Virus record (IMG/VR): IMGVR_UViG_3300042350_003801
From: a virus
Taxonomy: Duplodnaviria; Caudoviricetes
DNA length: 64,000 nucleotides
Direction: 5' to 3' (one strand)
The position numbers and the translations under genes are program-made. The notes below the pieces were generated by a model, which searched no databases, was not told the origin of the DNA, and saw nothing but the letters and a program-made list of their open reading frames with translations. This document shows positions 9,050 to 20,063 of the stretch, piece after piece (the stretch's first letter is position 1; every line of letters starts with the position of its first letter).

Positions 9050-9726
9050 TCAAACCGTCACGGTGTAGGTGCGGGTGATGACACTATTAACGATGAAGTC
9101 TTGCTCAACACACAGTAGGGCAAACTTAAGAGCATCCTGCATTGTGTAACACTCTTTCCTGAGAATCGTAAGGTCGTGCTTGTGTTGATACAAAACAACA
9201 AAGTTACCTTTAATTTCTTGTTCAATAGGTATAGTAAATTCTTCGCCGAGATATCCTTCGTATTCATCATAGACTTCACCGGGACAATCGGTATAATACA
9301 TAATGGTTTTTAAAAACTTATACTAGCATCAAAATAAGGGACTCGGCTTTTACTGTGCCACTTCAGAATCTGTCACATAAGTCGGAGCATTTAAACAACA
9401 AAATTCGTTAAAGATGATCTTCATTTCTTTGTTAGTTAGATTTGCATTGTCTGCGGCTTTAGGAACATTCCATTTTGCAGCAAATAGCATCTCAAGTGAT
9501 TTTTTAGTTTCAGGTCTTGTGCTCATTCTGACACATCCTCCCAATCTTCTTTTTTCAAGGTCTTGTCCATATACTCAACAATATTCAAAAATTCGGTTGG
9601 GGTATCACAAACAATTTCTTTTACATTTCCAGTATTAGAATAAAGTCTAACCGACCTTTCTAAAACATTAACCGCATAGCCAATTAAATAATCATTCATC
9701 AACTTCAATCTCCAATGGGGAAACAT
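9050..9726 (-). other. Three small hypothetical ORFs (9050-9301, 9350-9544, 9523-9726)
   Basis: Co-oriented ORF-track entries; 9350 and 9523 look like conserved small cyanophage proteins. Confidence 0.6.
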
Positions 9727-10348
9727 CTTTTCTTGTTGCCGTAACTGTATAAAAACAGTTAATAATTTCGTCGTTATTTGATTTAATTCTTATATCTGGG
9801 TATGTTGACTCTACAACTAAATCTTGAGACGTTCCAATCTGAGTTAGACTTACATTAATTGTTGTGTGGTCTACAAGGTCTTCCCAATAATCTGGAACTT
9901 CAATAATTGAAGAATCAAACAACCTACCTCTGATATAAACTGCAATCTCTGGCCCTTCCAAACAAGCGTGTCTTAAACGCTTTTTTGGTTTTGTTGGATG
10001 TGGAATATCAAAGAGTTTATATGGAGCAGAAAGACTAGTAAAGGTTCCGAGTGGTGCTCTTATTTGGTATTGACACTCAACCAGCGGGCTATTTAGAGAG
10101 ATTAAAGTTGACTTAACTGAAAACTCAGAAAGTTGTCCAACCGAATGGCTGAAGTTTAATTTAGTATCAGTTGAAAGTTCACAATATGCATATTGGCTTG
10201 GGTTACTACCAACCCAAATAGCAGCCACATTGCCAGAATAATTGATACCAAAGTTAAGGGCATCTGGGTCATATTCATAATCCTCATTTGGATAATCGTA
10301 TTGGTTACGGATAAAAGACCCGTAATAGCGGTTATAATCATAGGCCAT
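9692..10348 (-). CDS. Cyanophage tail-associated protein (shares C-terminal domain with 10338-10967)
   Basis: FDIPHPTKPKKRLRHACLEGPE.AVYIRG...PDYW motif; lies in the tail cluster. Confidence 0.65.
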   Translation of the reverse strand: MAYDYNRYYGSFIRNQYDYPNEDYEYDPDALNFGINYSGNVAAIWVGSNPSQYAYCELSTDTKLNFSHSVGQLSEFSVKSTLISLNSPLVECQYQIRAPLGTFTSLSAPYKLFDIPHPTKPKKRLRHACLEGPEIAVYIRGRLFDSSIIEVPDYWEDLVDHTTINVSLTQIGTSQDLVVESTYPDIRIKSNNDEIINCFYTVTATRKDVSPLEIEVDE

Positions 10349-10967
10349 ATTCTTCTGGATTCACCTCTACTTTAAGTTTTTCAATATCTTTTCTTGTTCC
10401 ATAAACGTGATAGTAACAGTCAATAGGAGAGCCAATGCTAGATTCTTTAATATAAATTTTGCACCCTTTGATTACCTCAACAAATAGATTCTGCGAGTGC
10501 CCAATCGGTTGAAGTTGAACTGTAATGGAATCTTCATCAACAAAGTTTACCCAATAATCCGGCAGTTCAATATAATTTTTATCGGTTATTCTACCTCTTA
10601 CATAAACACCGTTTTCTGGTCCCTCTAGGGCAACGTGAACTAGCTTCTTATTTGGTTTTGTTGGGTGGTCAATAACAAATGGCTTAGCCCTTGTTGCGGC
10701 AACAACATCTCCGACAATAACTCCTTTGACTCTAACTCCACCGTGAAAATATGCGGACCAAAATGCAGGAGTTTTTACCTCATCATTAACCTGTGGAGCA
10801 ACCATAAGGGCTGCGGGAATTACTGGAAATCTTGCAACATTACCAACTGCAAGTGGCCCTTCAATATATGAAGAACCTCTTACTTCAGTTGGCCCCCTAC
10901 CCAATGCATTCGGAGCACCTTCGCCAACAAAAAGCCTTTTACCAACATATAAATCTGGAACTTTCAT
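10338..10967 (-). CDS. Cyanophage tail-associated protein
   Basis: FVIDHPTKPNKKLVHVALEGPENGVYVRG...PDYW; paralogous domain to 9692-10348. Confidence 0.65.
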   Translation of the reverse strand: MKVPDLYVGKRLFVGEGAPNALGRGPTEVRGSSYIEGPLAVGNVARFPVIPAALMVAPQVNDEVKTPAFWSAYFHGGVRVKGVIVGDVVAATRAKPFVIDHPTKPNKKLVHVALEGPENGVYVRGRITDKNYIELPDYWVNFVDEDSITVQLQPIGHSQNLFVEVIKGCKIYIKESSIGSPIDCYYHVYGTRKDIEKLKVEVNPEEYGL

Positions 10968-11549
10968 TTACTTGTACCTGTCCTCATTTGTTGAACCACC
11001 TTTTGAGCCGTTAATTTTTGTTGCACCATCTGCACAATCAACCAAACCCCCATAGATATTAAGTATTGCCTTTCCGACTAAATCGATTTGATTATCGGAG
11101 ACCAATCTCGTTGAAACTTTTGACTTTACTGAAATGATTGGGGCAGTTACAATTACCTTCTCGTTTGCATCAATAGTTATGTTACCATTTTGGCCATCTC
11201 CACCTCTGGCAATAAGGTCAATATTTTCTCCAATGAATCGGATTCTACCCCTTCCAGCATTAATAACAATGTCGCCATTAACCGCCTCAATATAGACCCC
11301 AATATTTTCTTCAATGCCAGAACTTTTTACATTATCTCCGGCTTTAATCTGAAATGCCCCTGTTGATCTACAGATTGTTCCGTGTTTTCTGTGTGGCTGG
11401 CCTTCGGAATCCATTGAGATATAATGATTTGATTCCGCACCACTTCTCAGAAGAACAGCAGCAATCTTGCTATCATCGTGAATGTGACCAAATTTTAATT
11501 CACCGTCTTTTGTTCCATATCTAACGGCATTATCATTTTCTGCGCTCAT
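10968..11549 (-). CDS. Putative baseplate spike-related beta-helix protein
   Basis: Beta-strand-rich repeats, directly downstream of the gp5-like gene. Confidence 0.55.
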   Translation of the reverse strand: MSAENDNAVRYGTKDGELKFGHIHDDSKIAAVLLRSGAESNHYISMDSEGQPHRKHGTICRSTGAFQIKAGDNVKSSGIEENIGVYIEAVNGDIVINAGRGRIRFIGENIDLIARGGDGQNGNITIDANEKVIVTAPIISVKSKVSTRLVSDNQIDLVGKAILNIYGGLVDCADGATKINGSKGGSTNEDRYK

Positions 11550-13832
11550 TTATTTTCCGGGGCAATCTACGACGTTAATGACCTTTTCAAGGTTCACTGG
11601 CACAATAGTTAGGTTATCACCAACTCTCTCTACACAGAGCCGTGCAATAAGATTTGCCCTATAGCCAGTTTGAGACTGAATATAGATTTTTGGCATTTCT
11701 GTGAATCCTTCACCTTTTGTAAGAACATCAATTTTTATGATGGCTCCATTAGGACTTATTGTTGCTCTTGCGGTTGCTCCATTTGGAGGTTCAATAATAA
11801 CTTGATCGCCTTGCGAGTAGCCAAATCCACTTTCTCTAATAATAACGTCACAGAGTTTTAGAATGACTGGGTATTGGCCATTTGATTTGGATGGATAGAT
11901 TGCAGTTGGGGGTTTAACTGGATCAGTCAAGGTTCTACCATCTCCACCTAAACTTCCATCTGGTGCAGAAAGATAACCGGAGCCCATATCTGTTATAACT
12001 ACTTTAGTTACTCCAGTTGTAGTTGTTCCATTTGTTCCGGTTGTAGTTGTTCCATTTGTTCCGGTTGTAGTAGTGGAGGTGGTTCCAGAAATTTGAGCAT
12101 TGACCACACCAATAATAGCAGTAGCAACCGCACCAGAACCTTTACCGCAAGCATCATAAAACTTTATTAGAGGAGAAGATGTATAACCCCCACCTGGATT
12201 TGTTATGTCAATTCCGATAACCTGACCCAATGCACTAACAATTGCATTACCGGCTGCACCGGTTCCACCTCCACCAGAGAATTGAATAGTTGGGGGACCA
12301 CAAGAAATAGCACCCACATTACAGGTATCTTGAAATGCATCACTAAAATCTAAATCAAAGTTAAAATTATCGGGGTCAACAGACTGTTGGACATTTGTAG
12401 CAAATGACTTCATTTTACTAATCAATCCCGAAATATCCGTGATATCTCCCGCAATAGATTCCGGCCCTTCCCATATACTCCACTCTTTTATCTTTGCACA
12501 GGATGGTTCTTCATCACAAGAAATACCCGAAAGAAGATCGCTAACAAACCCGAGAATATCTGAAACAACATCAAATATACCGAAAACTGCCTTCAACGGG
12601 GCAAGAATTACATCAATTGCACTGGTAAGGAGCCCTGTAATTTTACCAATAAGAGCCCCAACAAAGTTTTCAACCGCGCACCGTGGAGTATTGATAAGAT
12701 AATCCACTGCGGATGCAAGAAATTTTGCAACCAATTTAATAAGATTTTTGATTATCTTCCTGAACAAACAGGCCAATAAATCATTTGCTTTTTCAACCTT
12801 ATCTATTGCCTTCTGGAGTTCACTTGGAAATAGAGTATAATATACATTCTTAAGTTTATCGTTAATTTGATTAATTATAAATTGTTGTATTTGTGTGATT
12901 AGGGTTTTCAGAGGAACAGAAATAAATTTTGAGACCTCTTGAATTTTTACCTTAAGGTATTCATCAATGCTATATTGTTTTCCTTCTTTATTTTGATATG
13001 TATCAATTGAATTGGTAAATCCAGATGAGAATACTTCATTTAAAGTTGTGCTAACCCCGATAGGAGAGTTAAAAGAGCCAAGTGCATTAAAAGGAATAAA
13101 TGCTGCTGAATATGCTCCACTCGCAATGGTGCTAATACCTGATGAATTAATATTGAAATTTTGAAGAGTCGTTGATCCTATTTCAATAGAAGGGTTCTGA
13201 CCAATACTGGCAAGACTATTTTTTTGATTGGCAAACCACAATTTTGCATCAGTTATTTCTCTGATGAACTTCTTTAAACTGCTCTGAATTGCCCCGAGTG
13301 GCACTTTTTCACAGGTTGTTGGCGCCTCAAGAAATGTCGTAAAAACTCCATCTTGAAGTTCAAAATAGTTGGCAACATTTTCGTAGAACATTGCATTCGC
13401 CGAAGACTCAATGAATCCTTTCTTTGGCGAAATATTATAAACTGGTGGTTGTTCTTTGCCGTTAAAGGCACTAAATGGAGTAAACCCTACGGCAGACGTT
13501 CCAAATAATGTTTGTTCATTAGTGCCAAGACAGCCAGTAATAAAGTATCTTTCTCCAATTTGTGAGACCCAGACGAATGAACCCTCGGTCAAATTTGCAG
13601 TTTGATAATTAGCCCTATGGCCAGTTCCTGCGGTTACAGGATACATTACTTCCAACCAAGGAAGATTTATATCAGGAAGAATTGACTTATTTTCAGAATG
13701 AATACCTTGGATTCTTACGGGATACCTTTTACCCCATCCTTTATTTGCTCCAGGTTTCCATTTTCCAGATGCAGAATTGCTTTTCCAAAAATCGGGTGGT
13801 ATTTGGCCGATAAAAAAGTTATTATTTCCCAT
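11550..13832 (-). CDS. gp5-like baseplate hub/spike protein
   Basis: N-terminal Gp5 OB-like region (RYPVRIQGIH..LPWLEVMYPVTAGTG); GGGY repeats of cyanophage type; no recognisable lysozyme domain. Confidence 0.75.
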   Translation of the reverse strand: MGNNNFFIGQIPPDFWKSNSASGKWKPGANKGWGKRYPVRIQGIHSENKSILPDINLPWLEVMYPVTAGTGHRANYQTANLTEGSFVWVSQIGERYFITGCLGTNEQTLFGTSAVGFTPFSAFNGKEQPPVYNISPKKGFIESSANAMFYENVANYFELQDGVFTTFLEAPTTCEKVPLGAIQSSLKKFIREITDAKLWFANQKNSLASIGQNPSIEIGSTTLQNFNINSSGISTIASGAYSAAFIPFNALGSFNSPIGVSTTLNEVFSSGFTNSIDTYQNKEGKQYSIDEYLKVKIQEVSKFISVPLKTLITQIQQFIINQINDKLKNVYYTLFPSELQKAIDKVEKANDLLACLFRKIIKNLIKLVAKFLASAVDYLINTPRCAVENFVGALIGKITGLLTSAIDVILAPLKAVFGIFDVVSDILGFVSDLLSGISCDEEPSCAKIKEWSIWEGPESIAGDITDISGLISKMKSFATNVQQSVDPDNFNFDLDFSDAFQDTCNVGAISCGPPTIQFSGGGGTGAAGNAIVSALGQVIGIDITNPGGGYTSSPLIKFYDACGKGSGAVATAIIGVVNAQISGTTSTTTTGTNGTTTTGTNGTTTTGVTKVVITDMGSGYLSAPDGSLGGDGRTLTDPVKPPTAIYPSKSNGQYPVILKLCDVIIRESGFGYSQGDQVIIEPPNGATARATISPNGAIIKIDVLTKGEGFTEMPKIYIQSQTGYRANLIARLCVERVGDNLTIVPVNLEKVINVVDCPGK

Positions 13833-13838
13833 TAAATT

Positions 13839-15146
13839 TTATACTCCGTAGCTATCTCTTACGAGATTCAATTTAGTAAAGTTTGGGCCGGCTGGACTAA
13901 TATAATGACATAAATCAACAATCAAGTATTTACCTGATTTCTTTTTGCTAACCATTTGTGTATATTTAGAGGACACTTCTGGAAAAGAACATTCAATAAT
14001 ATCTCCAGCGTGAAGTGTTAAATCACAGAAGATTGTAGTCTGTAGCTGAATAGAAAATAATTGGTTATACCTCATTGTGCTCTGATTGAGGATTCCGCGA
14101 ACATTAAAGTTCTCTTTTATTGAGTTTTGTAGCTGGTCATCTACTGTTACACCATAAGACAGTTGACCAATATCAAGCGTTGAGAAATTTGTTTTAGATG
14201 ATTTATACAGTTCTTCAGGAATGAACGGAAGATTCTTTGCTGCTCTTACTGCACCAGCATTTTGTTCCGTTGAATTAATTGTTTTTCTATCGTATTGTTG
14301 AGTGACCGGATTAAATGTGATGATTGTTGAGGCATTTGTTCCTGCCTTCATTTGTTCAATCAAAGACGGCCCTTCTGAGAATGAAAAATTTAAAATCTTG
14401 CCATCATAACCAAACGGTAGTTTTGTGGTATTGTTCATAATATACCGTTTTAATGGTTCTTGGCTCAATAACTTATCAACAGATTTAAAATGATAGCCGT
14501 CCGAAGTCTCATAAAAGAAATAACCAGCAGTATTTCCTTCAGTCTTTTTAGATTGAACAATGGGAATAGACTTTGCGGATAACTGATTGAGAACATTAAA
14601 CGGCATTGCCTCATCATTAATTCTACCCGCAATCTTTAGATTGTTTAAGGTATCTTCAATGAATAGTGGTTTTTTTGTTTTTAGATGTTCAGTGAAGATT
14701 TTCTTAACGGTTTCAGATATTTTTCCTTCATATGTTCTTGCAACTCTATTCTCTTCAAAGTTGTTGGTTAGATATTCTTTACTTGACAGACAGGCCGTTA
14801 CAATTTCAGAACGAGTTGTTCCAATAACCTTTGGTCTTGCCATAAAATGGAGACAGGTATCATTCGTGATGAATTGCAGTCTTCCTCTTTCATCATCTTG
14901 TATGTCAAGAAAAACCTTTTCGGCATATTGTAGGTCTACATCATTTGCCTCAGTTGTTGCTGAAGTTTCTCCTGCATAATTTCTGTTGCCAGTATCTGCA
15001 TATGTTACAGTTACCTTTACTGTGTTTTCTAGGATACTCTCATAATAGTATAGTTGAGCAAAGCCATTAGAGATTTCAACCGTCTTTCCTTTATTGGAGA
15101 CGATTTCAAACCTTTTAATCTGAATATCTGACCTTGATTCGTTCAT
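13839..15146 (-). CDS. Baseplate hub protein (gp27-like)
   Basis: YYESILENTV, YFFYETSDGYHFKSVD, LHAGDII, SGKYLI..LCH motifs; position upstream of gp5. Confidence 0.65.
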   Translation of the reverse strand: MNESRSDIQIKRFEIVSNKGKTVEISNGFAQLYYYESILENTVKVTVTYADTGNRNYAGETSATTEANDVDLQYAEKVFLDIQDDERGRLQFITNDTCLHFMARPKVIGTTRSEIVTACLSSKEYLTNNFEENRVARTYEGKISETVKKIFTEHLKTKKPLFIEDTLNNLKIAGRINDEAMPFNVLNQLSAKSIPIVQSKKTEGNTAGYFFYETSDGYHFKSVDKLLSQEPLKRYIMNNTTKLPFGYDGKILNFSFSEGPSLIEQMKAGTNASTIITFNPVTQQYDRKTINSTEQNAGAVRAAKNLPFIPEELYKSSKTNFSTLDIGQLSYGVTVDDQLQNSIKENFNVRGILNQSTMRYNQLFSIQLQTTIFCDLTLHAGDIIECSFPEVSSKYTQMVSKKKSGKYLIVDLCHYISPAGPNFTKLNLVRDSYGV

Positions 15147-17906
15147 TTATGTTAATATTGGTTGAATAAGAATTTGAGTTTCTTTTTCAATATTTGTTGT
15201 TATCCTGCTTGCAATATTACTTATCTGTTGTAATCTTTGTTGTTGCGGGGAGGATGCTATGGCCAGAGGTTTAGCCCCAGAAAGATTCATTTGTTCAGAC
15301 GTTTGATTGGAAGAAATTAAAGGGCCAGAATCTCTTCTAAATCGTGCCCTACTGGCAGGAGTTTTAAATCTAACGTGAATGTGATTTGGATGTTTAAAAT
15401 TACCCGGCGCCGAATGCATCGGCATACCTTCAAACCACTGTCCAACTGGGTCGAATATAAGTTCATCAATTCCCAATTGTTTCCGCCTAGAAAACAACGA
15501 TTTATATAGAACCTTTAATCTTTCAATCCCCTCACTTTCTTCCCCACGAAAATCGGTAATATCCAATGAATGTTCAGCGTGGTCTGCACTATTTGAATGT
15601 GATCCAACATAAGAAGACCCTAAAGGATTGAATCCCTTAAATTTAGTGAAGAATCTGTTTTCAGCAACAGTAAATCCCATTTTTAATAAGGACTTACCAA
15701 CTGTTATTGGGTCTGAACCACCAAGATGAAATCCTTTAATCTCTTTTCCAATATTTCCACTTTTGGCTTTTTGTATCGCGGACTGAAGTTTTGTTTTACT
15801 GACAAAGCTCAATCCTCTCCATTCATTAATAAAATTCTCAACAGTTGCTCCAGTTGAAAGCCTATATTTTATCAAGGCTATTGCTAGTTTATCTTGATTT
15901 GCTGGTGAAAATTTATCGGTTGTTCTTACGCCAGTATCTCCATAGCTCCCAGACATAAGCCCGCGCATTGTCTTTCCTATAATTTGATATCTTCCCGCAG
16001 CGTGTATTGGTGGATTTTTATTTGCTTGGTGTTGCATTATTTCTGCAATGGTCATATCAGTAAGATTTTTTCGTATTGGACCAGAAGATGACGGGCCACT
16101 ATAACCAACAGTTTGATAGCCATCATCTGCACCACCTTCATTATAAGCATTATAACCTCCAGATGTGGCACTTTCTTTTTGAGCAATAAGATTCAATAAA
16201 TCGGCATAATCTCCATCGAAATAACTTCCATCGCTAGGCATATCCCCAGAATCCCCGGAAGATTTAATTTCGGGTCTGTGCAACTCTAATTCTTTACGAA
16301 TATTCTGAAAAATTTCAGAACTTCTATTGTCCAACATTGCAGTAAATGACCGAACAATTTCCTTTGCAACAACCTGGCCCGGTGATGCTCCAGATTGACT
16401 AATCGTTCTACTAGCGGGAACAATACCACCACCAGCCATTGCAAACATAGATGAGCCGAGCATCTTTGCATTTGTTGCGGTTTGGTCATCAATAGAAGAA
16501 TCAATAACAAATGCAAGATACTTCTCGAGGCCCATTAAAGTTGGTCGTTCAATCTTCTGGCCGAGTGCCAACATCTCAACACCAGAACTAAGAAAATTAC
16601 CAAAAACACCAGCCTTTTTCATAACCCCAGCGTTTTTCTTCAAGAGCCTCAGCGGACTTATTGTATTATCATTATCGCTGTCAGGAAATAACTTCTTGAT
16701 GTTATCTTCACCGCCAACATTTTTACCGGGAAGTGTGCGCTGACGTAACTGTTTAGGTGGTCTTTTTGGCTTGGCTTTTTTTATTGTTCTAGGAACTCTT
16801 GTATAAGATTTTGAACCAACTCTACCACCAGTTGCGTGTTTTTGGGGTTTACCAAATTCAGACAGTGTATCATAAAGAGCACCGCCAACAATGTCACCAA
16901 TAATACCACCTAAAATCGTGCCAACTCCTGGAACTGGAATAAAACTGCCTAATACTGCACCAATAGTTGCACCAATAGCCTTTGCGGCGGCCTTACCCGG
17001 TTTTTCACCCATCATCATAGAAATGGCAAAATTAATCAGGCCACCAACGATTGGAACTCTACCAAATATTCTTCCAAACTTACCAATAAACTTTCCGCCA
17101 GTTTTTGCTGCGGTTTTTTTTGTTCCACCTTTAGTTGTCGCTTCTCCGACATTAATATATCCACGCCTTGCAAGTCTTGCCCTGTCTCCGATATTTGCTT
17201 CTCCAGCAATAAAACGGGCATAAGAATCATTAACCCTACTTAAAGAGCCAGGTTTTAATGTGGGGACTTTACTGCCCTTTGGCCCCTTTGGCATAGGAAT
17301 GCCGCCACTTCCTGCAACAGCAAGACCTAATACAACTGCAAGATTTAAAAAGGTATTAAGATTTTTATCTAAATCTTCAAATGACTTTTCAAACTTATCT
17401 CCAGTAGTTTTCTTTAAAATTCCTTTTATTTTATCGTGAACCTTATATCCAAAATCTACTGCACTAACAATACCACCTAAAACATTGCCAGCAAAGTTCT
17501 CAAAAACTTTATAAAAAGGAGTAATGAACTTTACAATGCCTAGTATTTTTGGAAGATTTTTTAGGGCAAAAGGAACTGCCATTCCCATTGCGGTGTATAA
17601 AATAAAATTGCGGATTGCATCTAGAAATCCAGTTCTAGGAAGTTTCTCTTTAATGAAGTTAATTGGATTAACTTTTCTTTGTTTCTCAATACTAAGTTTT
17701 TTATCTCTTCTCTTTGAGTCTGTGTCTTTTTTTCTTTGGTCCTCTAATTGTTTTCTCTTTCCCTTTATCCCCAATACAACATATGCATCAATTTTACGCA
17801 TATTGTTGTTAATGCCCTTGAGTTCTAGAACAACAGGGTCATTTCTACACTCTGGATTAAGTGTGATACTTTTTGGAATAAAGGAAGAACGAGAAAATGA
17901 TTTCAT
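15147..17906 (-). CDS. Large baseplate/tail protein with lysozyme-like domain and C-terminal putative peptidase domain
   Basis: IAQKES..GGYNAYN...AAGRYQI...FSPANQDKLA (lysozyme-like); H..HSLDITD...HPNHIHV (M15-like); Gly/Ala-rich tape-measure-like stretch. Confidence 0.7.
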   Translation of the reverse strand: MKSFSRSSFIPKSITLNPECRNDPVVLELKGINNNMRKIDAYVVLGIKGKRKQLEDQRKKDTDSKRRDKKLSIEKQRKVNPINFIKEKLPRTGFLDAIRNFILYTAMGMAVPFALKNLPKILGIVKFITPFYKVFENFAGNVLGGIVSAVDFGYKVHDKIKGILKKTTGDKFEKSFEDLDKNLNTFLNLAVVLGLAVAGSGGIPMPKGPKGSKVPTLKPGSLSRVNDSYARFIAGEANIGDRARLARRGYINVGEATTKGGTKKTAAKTGGKFIGKFGRIFGRVPIVGGLINFAISMMMGEKPGKAAAKAIGATIGAVLGSFIPVPGVGTILGGIIGDIVGGALYDTLSEFGKPQKHATGGRVGSKSYTRVPRTIKKAKPKRPPKQLRQRTLPGKNVGGEDNIKKLFPDSDNDNTISPLRLLKKNAGVMKKAGVFGNFLSSGVEMLALGQKIERPTLMGLEKYLAFVIDSSIDDQTATNAKMLGSSMFAMAGGGIVPASRTISQSGASPGQVVAKEIVRSFTAMLDNRSSEIFQNIRKELELHRPEIKSSGDSGDMPSDGSYFDGDYADLLNLIAQKESATSGGYNAYNEGGADDGYQTVGYSGPSSSGPIRKNLTDMTIAEIMQHQANKNPPIHAAGRYQIIGKTMRGLMSGSYGDTGVRTTDKFSPANQDKLAIALIKYRLSTGATVENFINEWRGLSFVSKTKLQSAIQKAKSGNIGKEIKGFHLGGSDPITVGKSLLKMGFTVAENRFFTKFKGFNPLGSSYVGSHSNSADHAEHSLDITDFRGEESEGIERLKVLYKSLFSRRKQLGIDELIFDPVGQWFEGMPMHSAPGNFKHPNHIHVRFKTPASRARFRRDSGPLISSNQTSEQMNLSGAKPLAIASSPQQQRLQQISNIASRITTNIEKETQILIQPILT

Positions 17907-20056
17907 TAGGACATATTACCTGCTCTAATTCCAAGTGTTGCAAGAGTTCCATTATCTCCATATCTATCTGAATAAGGTGGAATTGCAGAGAAGTCTGGAA
18001 CATCTGTTGATGCACTTTCTCCACCTTTAGGGTCTTGATTTTTGAGGCTAATCGGGGGTAACTCTGTTATGGTTACTTTACCAGCGGTTCTAGGACCGGG
18101 CGCTCTAACTGTCGGTGCCATAGAAGCAAGTTGAAGACTGTTTTTTGGTAAAAACGACTGCTCATTTCCCGGTTGAGAATATAACATTGAAGGAATTGGG
18201 GCAGCAACATTTCCTCGTTCTTTATGGTACTTTGTATTTTCTGCAGGATAATTTGTAAAGAAATTATCCTTTCTCGGAACCTTCTTGCCGTTAACCATAT
18301 CATAACGAATGGCATCATCTCCTTTCATATGCTTGAGTTGAGATGTTCCAAAGAATGAAGGTCTTCCGCCAACGTGTTGTTGGGCATTCATTTGGAGTTG
18401 ACTATTTCTCAATGCTCTTTCGGTTTCGTTCAACATTTGCATCGCTGAACTAATATCGACATTTTTAGCCTTGGCTAGAGCAATAGCAGCGGATTTTCTA
18501 TCATTAATATTTAACCAATCGCTTCTATTTTTAAATGTTGGCTCATATTGACCCTCTCCAGTGATAATATCCTTTATGGTATTCCTTCTGGCAGTTGGCA
18601 TAAAATTTACGCCATATGCCGATGAGCCAGCATATAGGCGATTGTAGATGGATTGGGCAACATCTGCTCTTCCTTGTGGGTCTGAATCTTCAGCAGATGC
18701 AATAGCAAGTAGGGAATTATAATCTGCTTGACTTATTTTAGGTGAATTTTTTGGTGGAGTGAATGAATTTATTGCCTTGGCCGGTCTACCAAACTGTGGC
18801 ATACTTTTCATCATATTTGAGCCAACGGATTTAATACCGCTCATAATACCACCGACAATACCGCCATCTTTAGCGAATTGGATATTGTTTGCAAATTTTG
18901 GTCGGTTGCTGGAACCAGCCTGTAGATTCATTTTTAAAAATGTATCAGCCCCAAACTTATCAACGGCGGCCTTTGACATTACAACCTCTCCAGGTTGTGC
19001 TGCAATTAGTTGCGTGTCTGGTCCTGCTCCAGTAATTGCAATACCACTTGCCTCATCAATATGCCCACCTTCGGCATAACGAATTTCGTTAACGTGCCTT
19101 TCTTCGGGAAGGAAGAAATTGATTCCTCTCACCAAACCGCCGCTAGAATAAGCACCAGTAGGTGCCATCGGAGAAGAAGCGAAAGAAGTTCCACCTTTAT
19201 TTGGAGTTTTGTTGAATTCTTGTTTACTCCCTTCATCTGCCGTATTGAGTAGCTTATAACCAAGAATACCCGCACCCACCAATGCTCCAGCAGCAAGACC
19301 TTTAACTCCTATTGATTTTAAACCGAAAAGAATACCGGGAATACCGATTTTTCGTAGATATGAAATAGTAGAAATAACGGCTCCGATAGATGCACGGATT
19401 GCACCACCAAATTTAGTTCCAAAAAGAACAAATGCACCTAGTAATGCTGGCCACCAATCTTTTAAGAATCTAGTAAGAGACTTGACTTTCTTCTCGTTTG
19501 CTGGATCTGCAAACCATTTTAAAATCTTACTAATGGCCCGACCGGCTAAAGTGAATAGGATGAATTTAAAAATTGCATCCATTGCACCTTTAATCGGAGT
19601 GAATGCCTGTTGAAATGTTCTCGATAGCTTTCTACCAGAAGACTCTAATAGGTTCTCTTTCTCTTTTCGTTCTTGATCTTCTTGGTTTTTTCTTATCTCA
19701 TCTGTCTTTTTTTTATCTAAAAGGCTTTCAGCTTTGAGGGCATTTAAAACCCTAGAAACTGATTCATTAATTATATTGAGCATCCCCAACATATCATCAC
19801 AACAGTTGCAACAGTTGTTAGATTTATTATTTCCTAATAATAGTCCAGTTTTGGTTATTCTTCTTGGTGTTTTACTTCTTCTTGGTGTTCTCTGCCTTTG
19901 AGTGGGTTGAGTTTCTTGTTGGACTTCCGCTTTTTCTTCCTGTTTAATTTGAAATAAAAGTTCTTCAATCCTATCACCCATAGACTCCCCCCCAACAATT
20001 TCAGGTTTAGGAAGAGGCTTTTTATTCGGTTTTTTATTAGAGCGCCTGGGTGCCAT
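17906..20056 (-). CDS. Large baseplate/tail protein with SleB-like cell-wall hydrolase domain
   Basis: AIASAED..QGRADVAQSIYNR...IITGEGQYEP motif; coiled-coil N-terminus. Confidence 0.7.
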   Translation of the reverse strand: MAPRRSNKKPNKKPLPKPEIVGGESMGDRIEELLFQIKQEEKAEVQQETQPTQRQRTPRRSKTPRRITKTGLLLGNNKSNNCCNCCDDMLGMLNIINESVSRVLNALKAESLLDKKKTDEIRKNQEDQERKEKENLLESSGRKLSRTFQQAFTPIKGAMDAIFKFILFTLAGRAISKILKWFADPANEKKVKSLTRFLKDWWPALLGAFVLFGTKFGGAIRASIGAVISTISYLRKIGIPGILFGLKSIGVKGLAAGALVGAGILGYKLLNTADEGSKQEFNKTPNKGGTSFASSPMAPTGAYSSGGLVRGINFFLPEERHVNEIRYAEGGHIDEASGIAITGAGPDTQLIAAQPGEVVMSKAAVDKFGADTFLKMNLQAGSSNRPKFANNIQFAKDGGIVGGIMSGIKSVGSNMMKSMPQFGRPAKAINSFTPPKNSPKISQADYNSLLAIASAEDSDPQGRADVAQSIYNRLYAGSSAYGVNFMPTARRNTIKDIITGEGQYEPTFKNRSDWLNINDRKSAAIALAKAKNVDISSAMQMLNETERALRNSQLQMNAQQHVGGRPSFFGTSQLKHMKGDDAIRYDMVNGKKVPRKDNFFTNYPAENTKYHKERGNVAAPIPSMLYSQPGNEQSFLPKNSLQLASMAPTVRAPGPRTAGKVTITELPPISLKNQDPKGGESASTDVPDFSAIPPYSDRYGDNGTLATLGIRAGNMS

Positions 20057-20063
20057 TTGTTAC

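Noticed and set aside
12010-12085. Short tandem repeat encoding TTTTGTNG in the gp5-like gene
   Set aside because: Two to three copies of an ordinary low-complexity linker.
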